Source: a virus
Taxonomy: Duplodnaviria > Caudoviricetes
Reading direction: 5' to 3' (one strand)
Length of the DNA: 57,473 bases
IMG/VR virus record: IMGVR_UViG_3300036985_006568
Span: 1 to 57,473 of that record
Part shown: positions 28,535 through 38,396 of the stretch, piece after piece
How the letters are laid out: every line of letters begins with the position of its first letter
Position numbering within the stretch: the first letter of the stretch is position 1
Made by a program: the position numbers and the translations under genes
The notes under the pieces: model-generated
The model's input: only the letters and a program-made list of their open reading frames with translations
Told to the model about the DNA's origin: nothing
The model's database searches: none

Positions 28535-29733
28535 GTTATGAGATTGGGACAGCTACTAATTATGCAGATTTACTTAACAAGCTTAATACTTTTTTAACAG
28601 CAAAGGGAACAGCCTACTACCCTACGTACACAGGTACTGGAAATGGGATTATTTCTGCGTGGGATGGAGGAGTTTCTTCTATTGCTGAAACTTTCACATT
28701 AACTGCTACAGGTGCGACAGCATTTGATGTAGTTGGATCTATTACAGGTTCAATAGGTTCAGCGACTGTAGGAACACCTTTCGTACATGCTAATGTAGTG
28801 TTTACCCTTACTGCTGGTACCACCCCCTTTATTGCAGGTGATATTTTCCTGATCAATACAGCTTCCCCATGGGTGAGTATGCGAGCAGTAGCTGGTTCTG
28901 AAATGATTTGGAAGGCAAAGGGAAATGATGACACCAGGGAAATTTACGTAGGGGTTTACTGCTTTTCAGATGGTGGTGGAGATTATTATAATTGGAGACT
29001 TCAAGGATTTACGGCCTATACACCTGGGAATACGTTTTTTAATCAACCAGGTTGTATCGGCGTCCTGAGCGTTCCAAGTCCAGTTTTACCCTTGTGGAAT
29101 GGGTCCATCCCATATTGGTTTGTTGCAAATGGACAGAGGGTTATTATCGTAGCAAAGATTTCCTCAGTGTATGAGCATGCGTATCTAGGATTGATTAATC
29201 CATACATTGCCCCAGGAACGTGGCCCTTACCTCTTTTTATCGGTGGGGGTTTAGCTTACTCATCAGAACCAGCAGTTGGAAGTGTTCTTTGGAAATATTC
29301 CAATAATACAGTTAATGCCGGGGCGTATTGGTGTGGGAGTATGGTAGGAGGTGTTGTTGCTAATGCTTGTCCGGGAAGATTACGAAGGGTTGATGGGGTT
29401 TGGATGGGGTTTAATTATTTTACAAATTATCTAGTAGGATCAAACTATCCAGGTCAAATGTGGCCTTATTCAACTATAGTAAACCCTGTGTTGGTACTTC
29501 GTGAAAATTTAGATGGGACATACCCTCTTCTTCCTATTATTCTTAGTTCAGATGATGGGGTAGTTGCAGGGAATGACGTAAATGTGTGGGGTGAGTTAGA
29601 TGGTGTTAAGGCAACATCCGGATATGTACAATCTTCAGAAAATACAATCACCGAAGGGTTCATAACACAAGTGGTATTTCAAAATATTTTTAGAGTAACA
29701 AATGATTCCTTTTGTGTAGTGGCTTTAGATTGA
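28531..29733 (+). CDS. Virion structural (tail tip) protein, D3112/YuA-like
   Basis: MSYEIGTA start, LWNGSIPYWFVANGQR, WGELDGV. Confidence 0.8.
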   Translation: MSYEIGTATNYADLLNKLNTFLTAKGTAYYPTYTGTGNGIISAWDGGVSSIAETFTLTATGATAFDVVGSITGSIGSATVGTPFVHANVVFTLTAGTTPFIAGDIFLINTASPWVSMRAVAGSEMIWKAKGNDDTREIYVGVYCFSDGGGDYYNWRLQGFTAYTPGNTFFNQPGCIGVLSVPSPVLPLWNGSIPYWFVANGQRVIIVAKISSVYEHAYLGLINPYIAPGTWPLPLFIGGGLAYSSEPAVGSVLWKYSNNTVNAGAYWCGSMVGGVVANACPGRLRRVDGVWMGFNYFTNYLVGSNYPGQMWPYSTIVNPVLVLRENLDGTYPLLPIILSSDDGVVAGNDVNVWGELDGVKATSGYVQSSENTITEGFITQVVFQNIFRVTNDSFCVVALD

Positions 29734-29741
29734 GGTGAGTT

Positions 29742-30743
29742 ATGACCTACGAAACAGGTACCGCTACCAATCCATCTGATCTACTTCAAAAGCTTGCTGT
29801 ATGGGTCGCAGCAAATGGATGGGTTATAGATAGTAGTATTGCAGATGGAAGTGGTTGGCGATTGCACATACATCGAGGAACAATGTATATGAATTTTCGA
29901 GCGGCTGTAGCTGAGACGGCGGCTATAGCTGCTTTTGAACATGCTTATGGTGCTGCTTCCTTTAGTGGTATTGGATTGTACGCTGGAAGTGGTTATAGTG
30001 GGGCAAGCAGTTGGAAATTACAAGCAGGTGGACCGTTGCTTGCAGTCTCATATACAACACTTTTCGGTGTTGGAATGGCTCTAACCTCCGGTTCTATTGC
30101 CTCTTATCATTTTTTCTCAGACGCTAGTGGAGATAACATCTGTGTAGTTGTTGAAAGGTCAAGTGGAATTTTCTCTCATTGCTATTGGGGAGTAGCATTA
30201 AATAAAACAGGAATTTGGACTGGAGGTAATTATTTCGGTGCCAGTCTTGGTTTCTATGAATACTCACAAGCCCTTTCAACAAATTTACCAGGACTGTTAC
30301 TTTCAACTAGTCCACCTGGATACTCAGAGAATACAACACAGTCCCTTATAAAAGTTGATGTAGATTCTTTCACAAGCAAATGGGTGACAATAGGTCCTAC
30401 TACAATTGCATGGTATAATGGGTATACAGGAAAATTAGGTCGTTCTTCACTTTCTTATGGAAGTAATGAAACAATACCAGGATATTATCCTCTATTTTAT
30501 CGGGTAACTGGTAAGCAAAGCACTCAAAGTTTACTTCTTCCTGTAGTTTTTGGCACTGCAAGAGATACATCCGGACATTCTATTATTGGTGATGTTCCAA
30601 ATATCTTTTTCACTAATGCTTGTGTAAAAGGATTTACACCTAAGACCATTTATAATTGGGGATCAGATGAGTATATGGTCTTCCCAGGAAATGCGTATAA
30701 TGCAAATTTAACCCATTGGGGTTTTGCTGTAAAGAAGGTTTAA
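29742..30743 (+). CDS. Virion structural (tail tip) protein
   Basis: MTYETGTATNPSDLL, paralogous start to the previous gene; position. Confidence 0.75.
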   Translation: MTYETGTATNPSDLLQKLAVWVAANGWVIDSSIADGSGWRLHIHRGTMYMNFRAAVAETAAIAAFEHAYGAASFSGIGLYAGSGYSGASSWKLQAGGPLLAVSYTTLFGVGMALTSGSIASYHFFSDASGDNICVVVERSSGIFSHCYWGVALNKTGIWTGGNYFGASLGFYEYSQALSTNLPGLLLSTSPPGYSENTTQSLIKVDVDSFTSKWVTIGPTTIAWYNGYTGKLGRSSLSYGSNETIPGYYPLFYRVTGKQSTQSLLLPVVFGTARDTSGHSIIGDVPNIFFTNACVKGFTPKTIYNWGSDEYMVFPGNAYNANLTHWGFAVKKV

Positions 30744-30744
30744 T

Positions 30745-32454
30745 ATGACTGCCTATCTAGGTACGTCTATGGTCAAAATTCAACAACTTATTAATCCCTC
30801 TAATTTATCTGGGGATATATCTGCTGTAGATAAGACCTTAGGAATACTTAGATTAGTTAGAGGTATATCTATTAATAGCGGGTTACGTACAATTCAAGTT
30901 CCGACAGTGATGCCAAAATTAGCTAGAATTGGTGATTCCATTCCCTGCACTGATCAGGAATTTGCAGGAGATATCACAATCTGGCCATATACTATTGATA
31001 TGGGGCTTGTTTTGACGGCTCAAGTTTATACGCTAGGAGTCTGGAATCTTACCGGACGTGCTCAATACATGGTTAACTGGCTTGTTGTAGGGATTGATGG
31101 GGTAGCGCTAACTAATCTGGAGGGTTATCCTATATGGTACGGCCCAACGCAATACAGAGAGTACAGACTAGATGTAGCAGTGCAAGGACAAGCAGAGATA
31201 AATGGTACCATAACAGTTAACTTTACCGGGTTTGCAGGGCTAGTTACAACAATCACCGGATTACGTTTAATCACATTTTCTTTCGAACCTAATTGGAGAG
31301 AACCTGTCATAGAGAGTTTAGAATGGCTTACGGATGTTCTGACCTCCCACTCCGGAAAAGAACAAAGAATAGCTTTGCGTACTAATCCTAGACGAGCTAT
31401 AAAGTATTTGTATACACTAGATTATCAGAATAAGGTCTCAAATTTCGAATCATATCTCTGGGGCTGGCAGCATCGAGTATTTGCCGTCCCGGTGTGGACT
31501 GATTGGATTAGACCTACCACGTTAATTCCTACTGGAGCTATGACAATAAACGTTGTTACAAGCTTACGGGATTTTGCCAATACTCGTTTAGCGATCATAT
31601 GGCGGGATTTTTTAAATTACGAGGTTGTAGAGATACAAAGTCTGACGGCATCCACTCTTGTATTAGCTAAGGCAACCATTTATAATTGGGAAATAACAGA
31701 TAGAATTATTCCAGTTCGTCTTGCTCGTCTTGATAAAACAATCAGTATCGATCGTCCTACATCAAATATTGCCGAAGCCTCAGTAACATTTACAATGGAA
31801 CCCATTACTGCTACAGATACAACTAGATTAGGGACGTCTATATGGCAACAGTATCAGGGATTGGATGTCCTTAACGTTCCTGTAAATTCAACGGAGAAAG
31901 TTAGCGAAGAATACACACGTGAGATGGTTGTGTTTGATAACAAAAAGGGTTCATGGAATACCTTAACGCTATCCGATGGACCAACTGCTGTAAGACCTTA
32001 CTCCTGGCTTTTAAAAACAAGACAAGAGATTATGAATTTTCTAGCTTTTTTAGAAGTGCATAAGGGAAAACAAGTTCCTTTCTGGATGCCCACATGGAGT
32101 AAGGATATAGAGTTAATGCAAAACATTAGTTCATCTGATACAACAATCTTAATTAAAAAAATAAATTATACTAAGATGATTGATGTTCATCCGAATAGAA
32201 GGGATCTTGCTTTTTATCCAACTAACTCTTCACTGATACCAATAGTAAAGCGGATAACAAGCTGTGTTGAGGTTACAGGTGGAAATGAGCTATTGACTAT
32301 TGACACGTCATTTGGTGTCGCAAAATTGATCACAGATTTTAGAGCTATTTCATTCTTAACCCTTGGTAGGTTTGATCAAGACAACTTTGAATTGACCTGG
32401 CGTAGTGACTCAATTATGGAAGTTTCTACTTCTATTCGTGAGGTACTTCAATGA
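30745..32454 (+). CDS. Virion structural / distal tail protein
   Basis: PNW...ESLEWLTDVL..EQRIALR..PRR; GKQVPFWMPTW. Confidence 0.8.
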   Translation: MTAYLGTSMVKIQQLINPSNLSGDISAVDKTLGILRLVRGISINSGLRTIQVPTVMPKLARIGDSIPCTDQEFAGDITIWPYTIDMGLVLTAQVYTLGVWNLTGRAQYMVNWLVVGIDGVALTNLEGYPIWYGPTQYREYRLDVAVQGQAEINGTITVNFTGFAGLVTTITGLRLITFSFEPNWREPVIESLEWLTDVLTSHSGKEQRIALRTNPRRAIKYLYTLDYQNKVSNFESYLWGWQHRVFAVPVWTDWIRPTTLIPTGAMTINVVTSLRDFANTRLAIIWRDFLNYEVVEIQSLTASTLVLAKATIYNWEITDRIIPVRLARLDKTISIDRPTSNIAEASVTFTMEPITATDTTRLGTSIWQQYQGLDVLNVPVNSTEKVSEEYTREMVVFDNKKGSWNTLTLSDGPTAVRPYSWLLKTRQEIMNFLAFLEVHKGKQVPFWMPTWSKDIELMQNISSSDTTILIKKINYTKMIDVHPNRRDLAFYPTNSSLIPIVKRITSCVEVTGGNELLTIDTSFGVAKLITDFRAISFLTLGRFDQDNFELTWRSDSIMEVSTSIREVLQ

Positions 32455-33293
32455 CATATGATGCCTTTGAAAGAAGTGAATACTCCGGAACCCCAGTTGA
32501 ACTCTATCATTTTGCTTGTGGGACTCAAAATTGGTATCTAACAGATTCAGATGCCGATTTTATATTTGCTGGAATCACCTATTCTGCTGGATGGGCGATA
32601 GAAAGATCAGAACCAGAACTATCAAAGGAAACAACTAGGGCGAGTCTAAAAATTACATCAGCCATAGACATGCCTGTGCCTTGGCTATATAGAGCAGGAG
32701 CACCTTGGGATTCAGTCTGGGTCACAGTACTTCGTGCGCATAGGGGAGATACACAAAGTGTGCTTCTATGGCAGGGACGAGTTAAGGGTGTCATTTTTCA
32801 TCTATCAAAGGGAGAGGCCGAGATCAATTGTGATCCTATAGCAGTCTCAGTAGGTAAGACAGGTTTTCGTCAAAATTGTGGACCCCAATGCAATAAGCAA
32901 CTCTATTCTACTCGATGTGGAATGAGTGAAGCACTTTTTAGTAATGCAGCAGTCATCACGGGTATAGATCCCACAGGTCTTATAATTACATCCGCGACTT
33001 TCGGAACTAGAGCAAATAACTTTTTTAAATTAGGTGAGCTATACGTAAACGCTCTCGGCGCTAGGATGCAGATTGTAGCTCATACAGGCAACAACATCAC
33101 ATTGCGTCGGCCAATAATTGGGTTAGTTCTTGGTATGGCTGTAAGAGGTATAGCAGGTTGTGATCATGTGTGGAAATTATCTGGTGGAGTTACTTACGGG
33201 GATTGTATTACTAAATTCAATAATGGTATTAATTTTTTAGGATTTCCCTTTATCCCCACAAAAAATCCATACACTGTAGGTTTGGAGGGTTAA
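32451..33293 (+). CDS. BR0599-family (lambda gpL-like) tail protein
   Basis: PVELYHF, C...C...C Cys pattern, GCDH...C..KFNN..NFLGFPFIP. Confidence 0.9.
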   Translation: MTYDAFERSEYSGTPVELYHFACGTQNWYLTDSDADFIFAGITYSAGWAIERSEPELSKETTRASLKITSAIDMPVPWLYRAGAPWDSVWVTVLRAHRGDTQSVLLWQGRVKGVIFHLSKGEAEINCDPIAVSVGKTGFRQNCGPQCNKQLYSTRCGMSEALFSNAAVITGIDPTGLIITSATFGTRANNFFKLGELYVNALGARMQIVAHTGNNITLRRPIIGLVLGMAVRGIAGCDHVWKLSGGVTYGDCITKFNNGINFLGFPFIPTKNPYTVGLEG

Positions 33294-33294
33294 G

Positions 33295-35871
33295 ATGTAT
33301 CAAATTTTTTGGTGGATAATCTGTTATTTGGTTAGTGCGGCTCTAACGCCAAAACCAAAAGTTAGTGACGCAGCGGTAGCTAACTCTAATGACACAAATT
33401 TCCCACTAGCTTCTGCAACCGCGCGTATTCCAGTTGTATGGGGTAAAACGAGACTTCGTCAGCCAAATGTTATTTGGTACGGTGACTTTAGGGCTGTTCC
33501 TATTATTAAAACCCAGTCAGGTGGCTTATTTCATAGTGATATCCACCAGACTGTAGGATACCGTTATTATTGGGGACAACAGCTCTTACTTTGTCATGGT
33601 GAAGTAACTCTCTATAAAGTATGGGCTTCTGAGAGAGTTATATGGGGTGGGTCAATAGCTTCAGGTTTGGTTGCGTTAGATATTCCGTTCTTCTATGGTG
33701 GAGATGACCGTGGGGGCGGATATCAAGCAGTATTTGTTTTTTATCCTGGAAGTAATACTCAAGTCCAGGATCCATATTTAACACAAATGTTAGGAGTAGT
33801 TCCAGCTTATCGAGGTGTTGCACATATCGTTTGGTATGGGCCTTCAGGCGGTCAGCATACGGGTATCTCTTATCAGAGATTTGTTCAGCAAGCCGTGTGG
33901 TCTACAGATGTTCCTCCAGTATTAACCTTCACTTGGCGATTAACAACCTTCTATAACATAAGTGGCTATATTGGAACATCACCAACGCCCCAACCTCTAT
34001 CATTTGAGGTAAGTCGTTATCCGCATCAACTTTACGGTTCTAAGCATATTATCGGAGTAGACTCTAATCCAGCAGAGATCATATATGAATTACTCACAAC
34101 CGACGTACTAGGAGCAGATGGAACAGGATTAGGTTTATCTCCATCTATGATTGATATTGCCGCCTTTAATACTGCCTCAGATACATTGTATGCAGAGGGT
34201 TTCGGACTAAGTCATTCCTGGAATCAAGCTTCTTCTGTTGAGGATTTGATTGAGGAATTTTGTAAGATAATAGACGCGGTATGTTATCGAGATTTTAGGA
34301 CGGGACTGTATACGATTAAGTTAATTCGAGGTGGATATGCTGTAGGAACATTACCTGTTCTCGATCAGGACAACATTATTTCTGTTGATAGTTTTACACA
34401 GGCCAGTATTGAGGGTACAACGAATGAGGTTAAGTTAACCTATTTGAATAGATCTAGAGGATACACACAAACTTCGATCCAAGCGCAAGACTTAGCGAAT
34501 ATGAGAACGCAATCAGATATTAATTCTCAAACAGTAACTTATCTACCCGTGACCATTGCTTCTCTTGCCGATCGTATTGCAAATCGTGAGCTACTTGCTT
34601 TATCCACACCCTTAGCTTCAGCTGAGGTCATCGTCAACCGTGAAGCCTATGCTTATGGACCTGGGGATTTGTTCGTACTCAACTGGCCTGATTTAGGGTT
34701 TACCAACCTCGTTATGCGCGTTATGAAATCAGCCATTGGCATGCCTACAGCTAATCAAATTAGATTAAGTCTGATTCAGGATATCTTTGCACTTAATGCC
34801 ACAGCGTATACAGATGGTAATGATACGGATTGGACTGAACCAATTCTATCACCTGCAATTGTGACGCTACAGAAAATAATAGAATTACCTTATGGACTTA
34901 ATTCCGATGAGAGTTATGGAAAAGTGTTAGTTACAGCGGGTCGTCCTAATCAAGGATGCGTCACTTATGCGTGCTGGGAAAAAGAAACAGGTTCGGGTGG
35001 TGACTATGCTTCGTTAGGTAATTGTCAGGAGTATACCCCTACCTCTACTACCATAGCAATATACCCAATAACAAAAGCCATAGATGAGTCCGGCACTCTT
35101 GAATTAACAGGAACAGATGATATTACTTTGTTAATGACCCATTCAGAAGATGCTCAGCGTCAGGGTGCGGGTTTGTTCTACTGGGCAGCAACCGGTGAGT
35201 GGTGCTCGTACAGCACCATTGAGTATGTCATCGGTGGAACATATAAAGTATATGGAGTGTGGAGAGGACTATTTGGAACAGTGCCTACTGCCCATGCATT
35301 GGGTGAGCGGATATATTTTATAGGTGGAGGATGCTTTTTCCCAGAAGGTGTTTTTGATCAAACAGATAACATTAGTGTAAAGATCTGTCCTTCCGGTCCA
35401 TTGGGAACTATAGCCTTAACCAGTGCAACAGCAATGACATTACTCCTAACTGGTGTGAATAAACTGCCTATACCTCCTGGTAGAATCTTAGTAAACAATC
35501 TCATGTATCCAACTTTATTAAGTGTCTCAGCAGATGTAACCTGGGAGCATCGGAATAGATTAACAGATACGGGTCTCATAGTTAGACAAGATGATCTTGG
35601 AGGAACTTCAGCAGAAGGTACTTACACCTGGCAACTGTTGGTAAATGGTGTAGTAAAAGAAACTGCTTCAGGATTAACAAGTAAGACCTGGGCGCGCGGG
35701 GGTCCGTACACAGCCGCGCAACGGATTCAAGATGATGCAAATGGAAATCATCTCGTCGAGATACAGATTCGTCAGACAAATGCATTTGGGAATTCGGTTT
35801 ACAATACATCTGGATTATTCCAGATGACAGGATTTGGAATGTGTTTTGGTCAACACTTTGGAGGTGTCTAA
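33295..35871 (+). CDS. Tail tip / central tail protein
   Basis: IPVVWG..PNVIWYGD, PAYRGV, NPAEIIYE, RGLFGTVPTAH. Confidence 0.85.
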   Translation: MYQIFWWIICYLVSAALTPKPKVSDAAVANSNDTNFPLASATARIPVVWGKTRLRQPNVIWYGDFRAVPIIKTQSGGLFHSDIHQTVGYRYYWGQQLLLCHGEVTLYKVWASERVIWGGSIASGLVALDIPFFYGGDDRGGGYQAVFVFYPGSNTQVQDPYLTQMLGVVPAYRGVAHIVWYGPSGGQHTGISYQRFVQQAVWSTDVPPVLTFTWRLTTFYNISGYIGTSPTPQPLSFEVSRYPHQLYGSKHIIGVDSNPAEIIYELLTTDVLGADGTGLGLSPSMIDIAAFNTASDTLYAEGFGLSHSWNQASSVEDLIEEFCKIIDAVCYRDFRTGLYTIKLIRGGYAVGTLPVLDQDNIISVDSFTQASIEGTTNEVKLTYLNRSRGYTQTSIQAQDLANMRTQSDINSQTVTYLPVTIASLADRIANRELLALSTPLASAEVIVNREAYAYGPGDLFVLNWPDLGFTNLVMRVMKSAIGMPTANQIRLSLIQDIFALNATAYTDGNDTDWTEPILSPAIVTLQKIIELPYGLNSDESYGKVLVTAGRPNQGCVTYACWEKETGSGGDYASLGNCQEYTPTSTTIAIYPITKAIDESGTLELTGTDDITLLMTHSEDAQRQGAGLFYWAATGEWCSYSTIEYVIGGTYKVYGVWRGLFGTVPTAHALGERIYFIGGGCFFPEGVFDQTDNISVKICPSGPLGTIALTSATAMTLLLTGVNKLPIPPGRILVNNLMYPTLLSVSADVTWEHRNRLTDTGLIVRQDDLGGTSAEGTYTWQLLVNGVVKETASGLTSKTWARGGPYTAAQRIQDDANGNHLVEIQIRQTNAFGNSVYNTSGLFQMTGFGMCFGQHFGGV

Positions 35872-36254
35872 TGTCAATTACGAACGGCCCTTATCTCAGC
35901 ATCATGATTGATGCTCTTTCCGGGGATACCCACCCAAACGATTTTAGAAAGGTACTGCGGGCGTTAGATGCTTTATTTTTCTTGTCAGTAAAATCTATGA
36001 CCACAAATGCCCAGCCCCTAACTCCCGCTGATGGTGATCGCTATCTAATGACGGCAACACCGAGTGGAACCTCCTGGGTGGGTAAGGCTCAAGGTACTTT
36101 GGCGGTCTACTCTACCCACATCACAACAACAAGTGGAGGTGTAGATACAACAGTAAGTGGTTGGGAATTCTATACTCCTAAACGAAATTGGGAGGCAAGG
36201 GTCGAAGATAACTCAGACATCATGGTCGTTTATTCTGGAACAGCTTGGGTTTAA
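35871..36254 (+). CDS. DUF2793-like tail-associated protein
   Basis: P..PADGDRYL..SGTSWVG...WEFYTP...VYSGTAW. Confidence 0.75.
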   Translation: MSITNGPYLSIMIDALSGDTHPNDFRKVLRALDALFFLSVKSMTTNAQPLTPADGDRYLMTATPSGTSWVGKAQGTLAVYSTHITTTSGGVDTTVSGWEFYTPKRNWEARVEDNSDIMVVYSGTAWV

Positions 36255-36285
36255 TTACCCACTAAACTAAAGACGGAGGTCTACA

Positions 36286-36561
36286 ATGACGGTAAATCTA
36301 GACAGTCCCTTCTGGAAGGCGATGAGTTTTGTAATGGCTGGTTTGGTTTCAGGAGCCATTTTTATAGCAGTCACATCCCTAAATAAACTGGATAAGGTAA
36401 GTGACGCGCAAATTGAAACGAAGACAATGCTGACTATTTTACTAGCCCAGCAAGATAAAAATAGTGCCCTTTTGTATGATAACATTTCTAATGTGAATCA
36501 ACTTAACATAAGAATGGTTCGCGTTGAGACTATGCTACAGCCACAGAGTATGCCGAAATAA
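36286..36561 (+). CDS. Membrane protein, possible holin or lysis accessory
   Basis: N-terminal TM segment plus coiled coil, upstream of the endolysin. Confidence 0.5.
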   Translation: MTVNLDSPFWKAMSFVMAGLVSGAIFIAVTSLNKLDKVSDAQIETKTMLTILLAQQDKNSALLYDNISNVNQLNIRMVRVETMLQPQSMPK

Positions 36562-36569
36562 AACATAAA

Positions 36570-36603
36570 TTGCCCTGGACTCCTCAGATGATGTATAATT
36601 ATA
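36570..36603 (+). promoter_or_regulatory. sigma70-type promoter for the lysis genes
   Basis: TTGCCC-18 nt-TATAATTATA with CCTGGAC. Confidence 0.55.
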
Positions 36604-36637
36604 CTAGTGGTTAGTACTTACACTTCAGGAGCTATTT

Positions 36638-37123
36638 ATGCTTAGTGAGCTTGTTAAGATTGCAGAGCAATATATTGGAGTAAAGGAACTTGGTGAAAAT
36701 AGTGGTCCTGAGGTTGAAAAGTTTCAAATGGCAGTAGATGGGAAAGCCTCAGGAGAATCTTGGTGTATGGCCTTTGTTCAGTACTGCATTTTAGAACTTG
36801 AACAAAAAACAAATAAGAGAAGTAACATTTTTCATAGCGAGCACTGTCTCACCACTTGGAATAAATCACCTATTGAATTGCGTAGAACTAGTCCTGAACC
36901 TGGATATATTGTAATATGGAAGCATGGGCAAACGGCAAATGGACATACAGGTATAGTTTCAAAAGTTATTGGTTCTGTTAAATTTGAATCGATTGAAGGA
37001 AATACCTCTGACAGTGCCTGTGTTAATCGTAACGGAGATGGTGTGTATCGTAAAATTAGGAATATTGACCCTGCTGGTGAGATGAAAATTATAGGATTCC
37101 TGGTTCCCTTTGAGGAGAACTAA
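36638..37123 (+). CDS. CHAP-domain endolysin
   Basis: SWCMAFVQ, GHTGIV, SIEGNT. Confidence 0.9.
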   Translation: MLSELVKIAEQYIGVKELGENSGPEVEKFQMAVDGKASGESWCMAFVQYCILELEQKTNKRSNIFHSEHCLTTWNKSPIELRRTSPEPGYIVIWKHGQTANGHTGIVSKVIGSVKFESIEGNTSDSACVNRNGDGVYRKIRNIDPAGEMKIIGFLVPFEEN

Positions 37124-37124
37124 T

Positions 37125-37349
37125 ATGCTATTTACTCGCGGTGGATGGGAATTAAAAAAGGTTTCTTTTTTCCTAGTTGTCCTTGCCTCTATTGTTTGGT
37201 TGTCTTGTAGCTTAGCAACGCCCTTTTCTTTCTCGTGGTTCCTTGCTTATTGTGTTCTACTAGCTCTTGTTGGTGGACCATATTTTGCAAGTAAACTTTT
37301 CTTTTTCCTAACTGCTTTTATTGGAGGGAAAAATGATATTAACAAGTAG
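37125..37349 (+). CDS. Holin candidate (2 TM segments)
   Basis: Hydrophobic ORF right after the endolysin. Confidence 0.6.
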   Translation: MLFTRGGWELKKVSFFLVVLASIVWLSCSLATPFSFSWFLAYCVLLALVGGPYFASKLFFFLTAFIGGKNDINK

Positions 37350-38019
37350 AGTCAAGTGGATACTAGGGGGAATATTACTCCTAGTTATTTTTTCTTCGGG
37401 ATCCTGCGTTGGGTACAAGTGGGCCGTAGGAAAAGTGAATGCCGATATTGAAGAGCATGAAACAGAAGCAAATAACCAGCAAGCACAAGCAGTAAGCCAT
37501 AACGAAGAAGTAAAAAAATACGAAGAGATTATCAAGCAGCAAAAGCAAGCTTCCATACTACAAACTGAGACTTTAACGGAAGCAAATAGGAGAATGAAGA
37601 TTAAGGACAGTGAATTCAAAAACCTCCTATCCTCTGCCGCTACTGTAGAGGATAAATTATCAGGGGCAATCATTGTTATTGAAGAAAAAGATATCTACAT
37701 AGAAAAGCAACAAAAACTTCTAACTATGAAAGATGACATTATAGATTCCCAAGATAAAAAGTCAAATGAACTTGAACAAGCTTACGCGCATGAAGCAAAA
37801 CGTTCGGAAGAATTAACAAAAGCCTTAACTAAAGCTAAGACCATCCGTCAATATAAATGGACGATTGGTGGATCCTACGACCCTATCAATAAAGATTGGA
37901 GCATTGAAGGATATAGGAATTTTAAGGTTGCACGAGTCGGACTTTCCATTGATCAAGTTACGGTGAATCAAAATAAAAAAGAGTATAGACCTAGACTTCA
38001 CCTTGGAATAAATTTCTAA
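37333..38019 (+). CDS. Spanin-like protein (N-terminal TM, coiled coil, C-terminal beta strands)
   Basis: Position in the lysis cassette; ends in amphipathic strands ...RLHLGINF. Confidence 0.55.
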   Translation: MILTSRVKWILGGILLLVIFSSGSCVGYKWAVGKVNADIEEHETEANNQQAQAVSHNEEVKKYEEIIKQQKQASILQTETLTEANRRMKIKDSEFKNLLSSAATVEDKLSGAIIVIEEKDIYIEKQQKLLTMKDDIIDSQDKKSNELEQAYAHEAKRSEELTKALTKAKTIRQYKWTIGGSYDPINKDWSIEGYRNFKVARVGLSIDQVTVNQNKKEYRPRLHLGINF

Positions 38020-38105
38020 TATGGAAACTACCATTCTCTATCACTTTGTGTAGTATAACCCTATACTACATTTAAACTCGCACTTCCTAGATGAAAGGAA
38101 TCAAC

Positions 38106-38393
38106 ATGTTAAACACCTTCTATGAAAATCTCCCTACCACAAGGATTGTGCAAAGAACCACTGTCCTTGGTCCGGGTGAGACTAATACCTTAGTCTCTAT
38201 AGCCCCTTTAACCTTAGTCCAGGTTATCGTTGTTAAAGCAACCACGTTAAATGCCACTATGAGAGTAAGTGGAGTTACGGAAGAAGCTATCCCTATCCTA
38301 CTAAATGAGGTTAGAGATGGTCTTGCAGTTGACACGATTCATCTATCTACTACAGCTGCAGGATCAGTTATCCTTGAACTGCAAGGGAGGTAG
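38106..38393 (+). CDS. Small beta-rich structural protein
   Basis: AAAGGA RBS; Thr/Val-rich. Confidence 0.5.
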   Translation: MLNTFYENLPTTRIVQRTTVLGPGETNTLVSIAPLTLVQVIVVKATTLNATMRVSGVTEEAIPILLNEVRDGLAVDTIHLSTTAAGSVILELQGR

Positions 38394-38396
38394 GTC

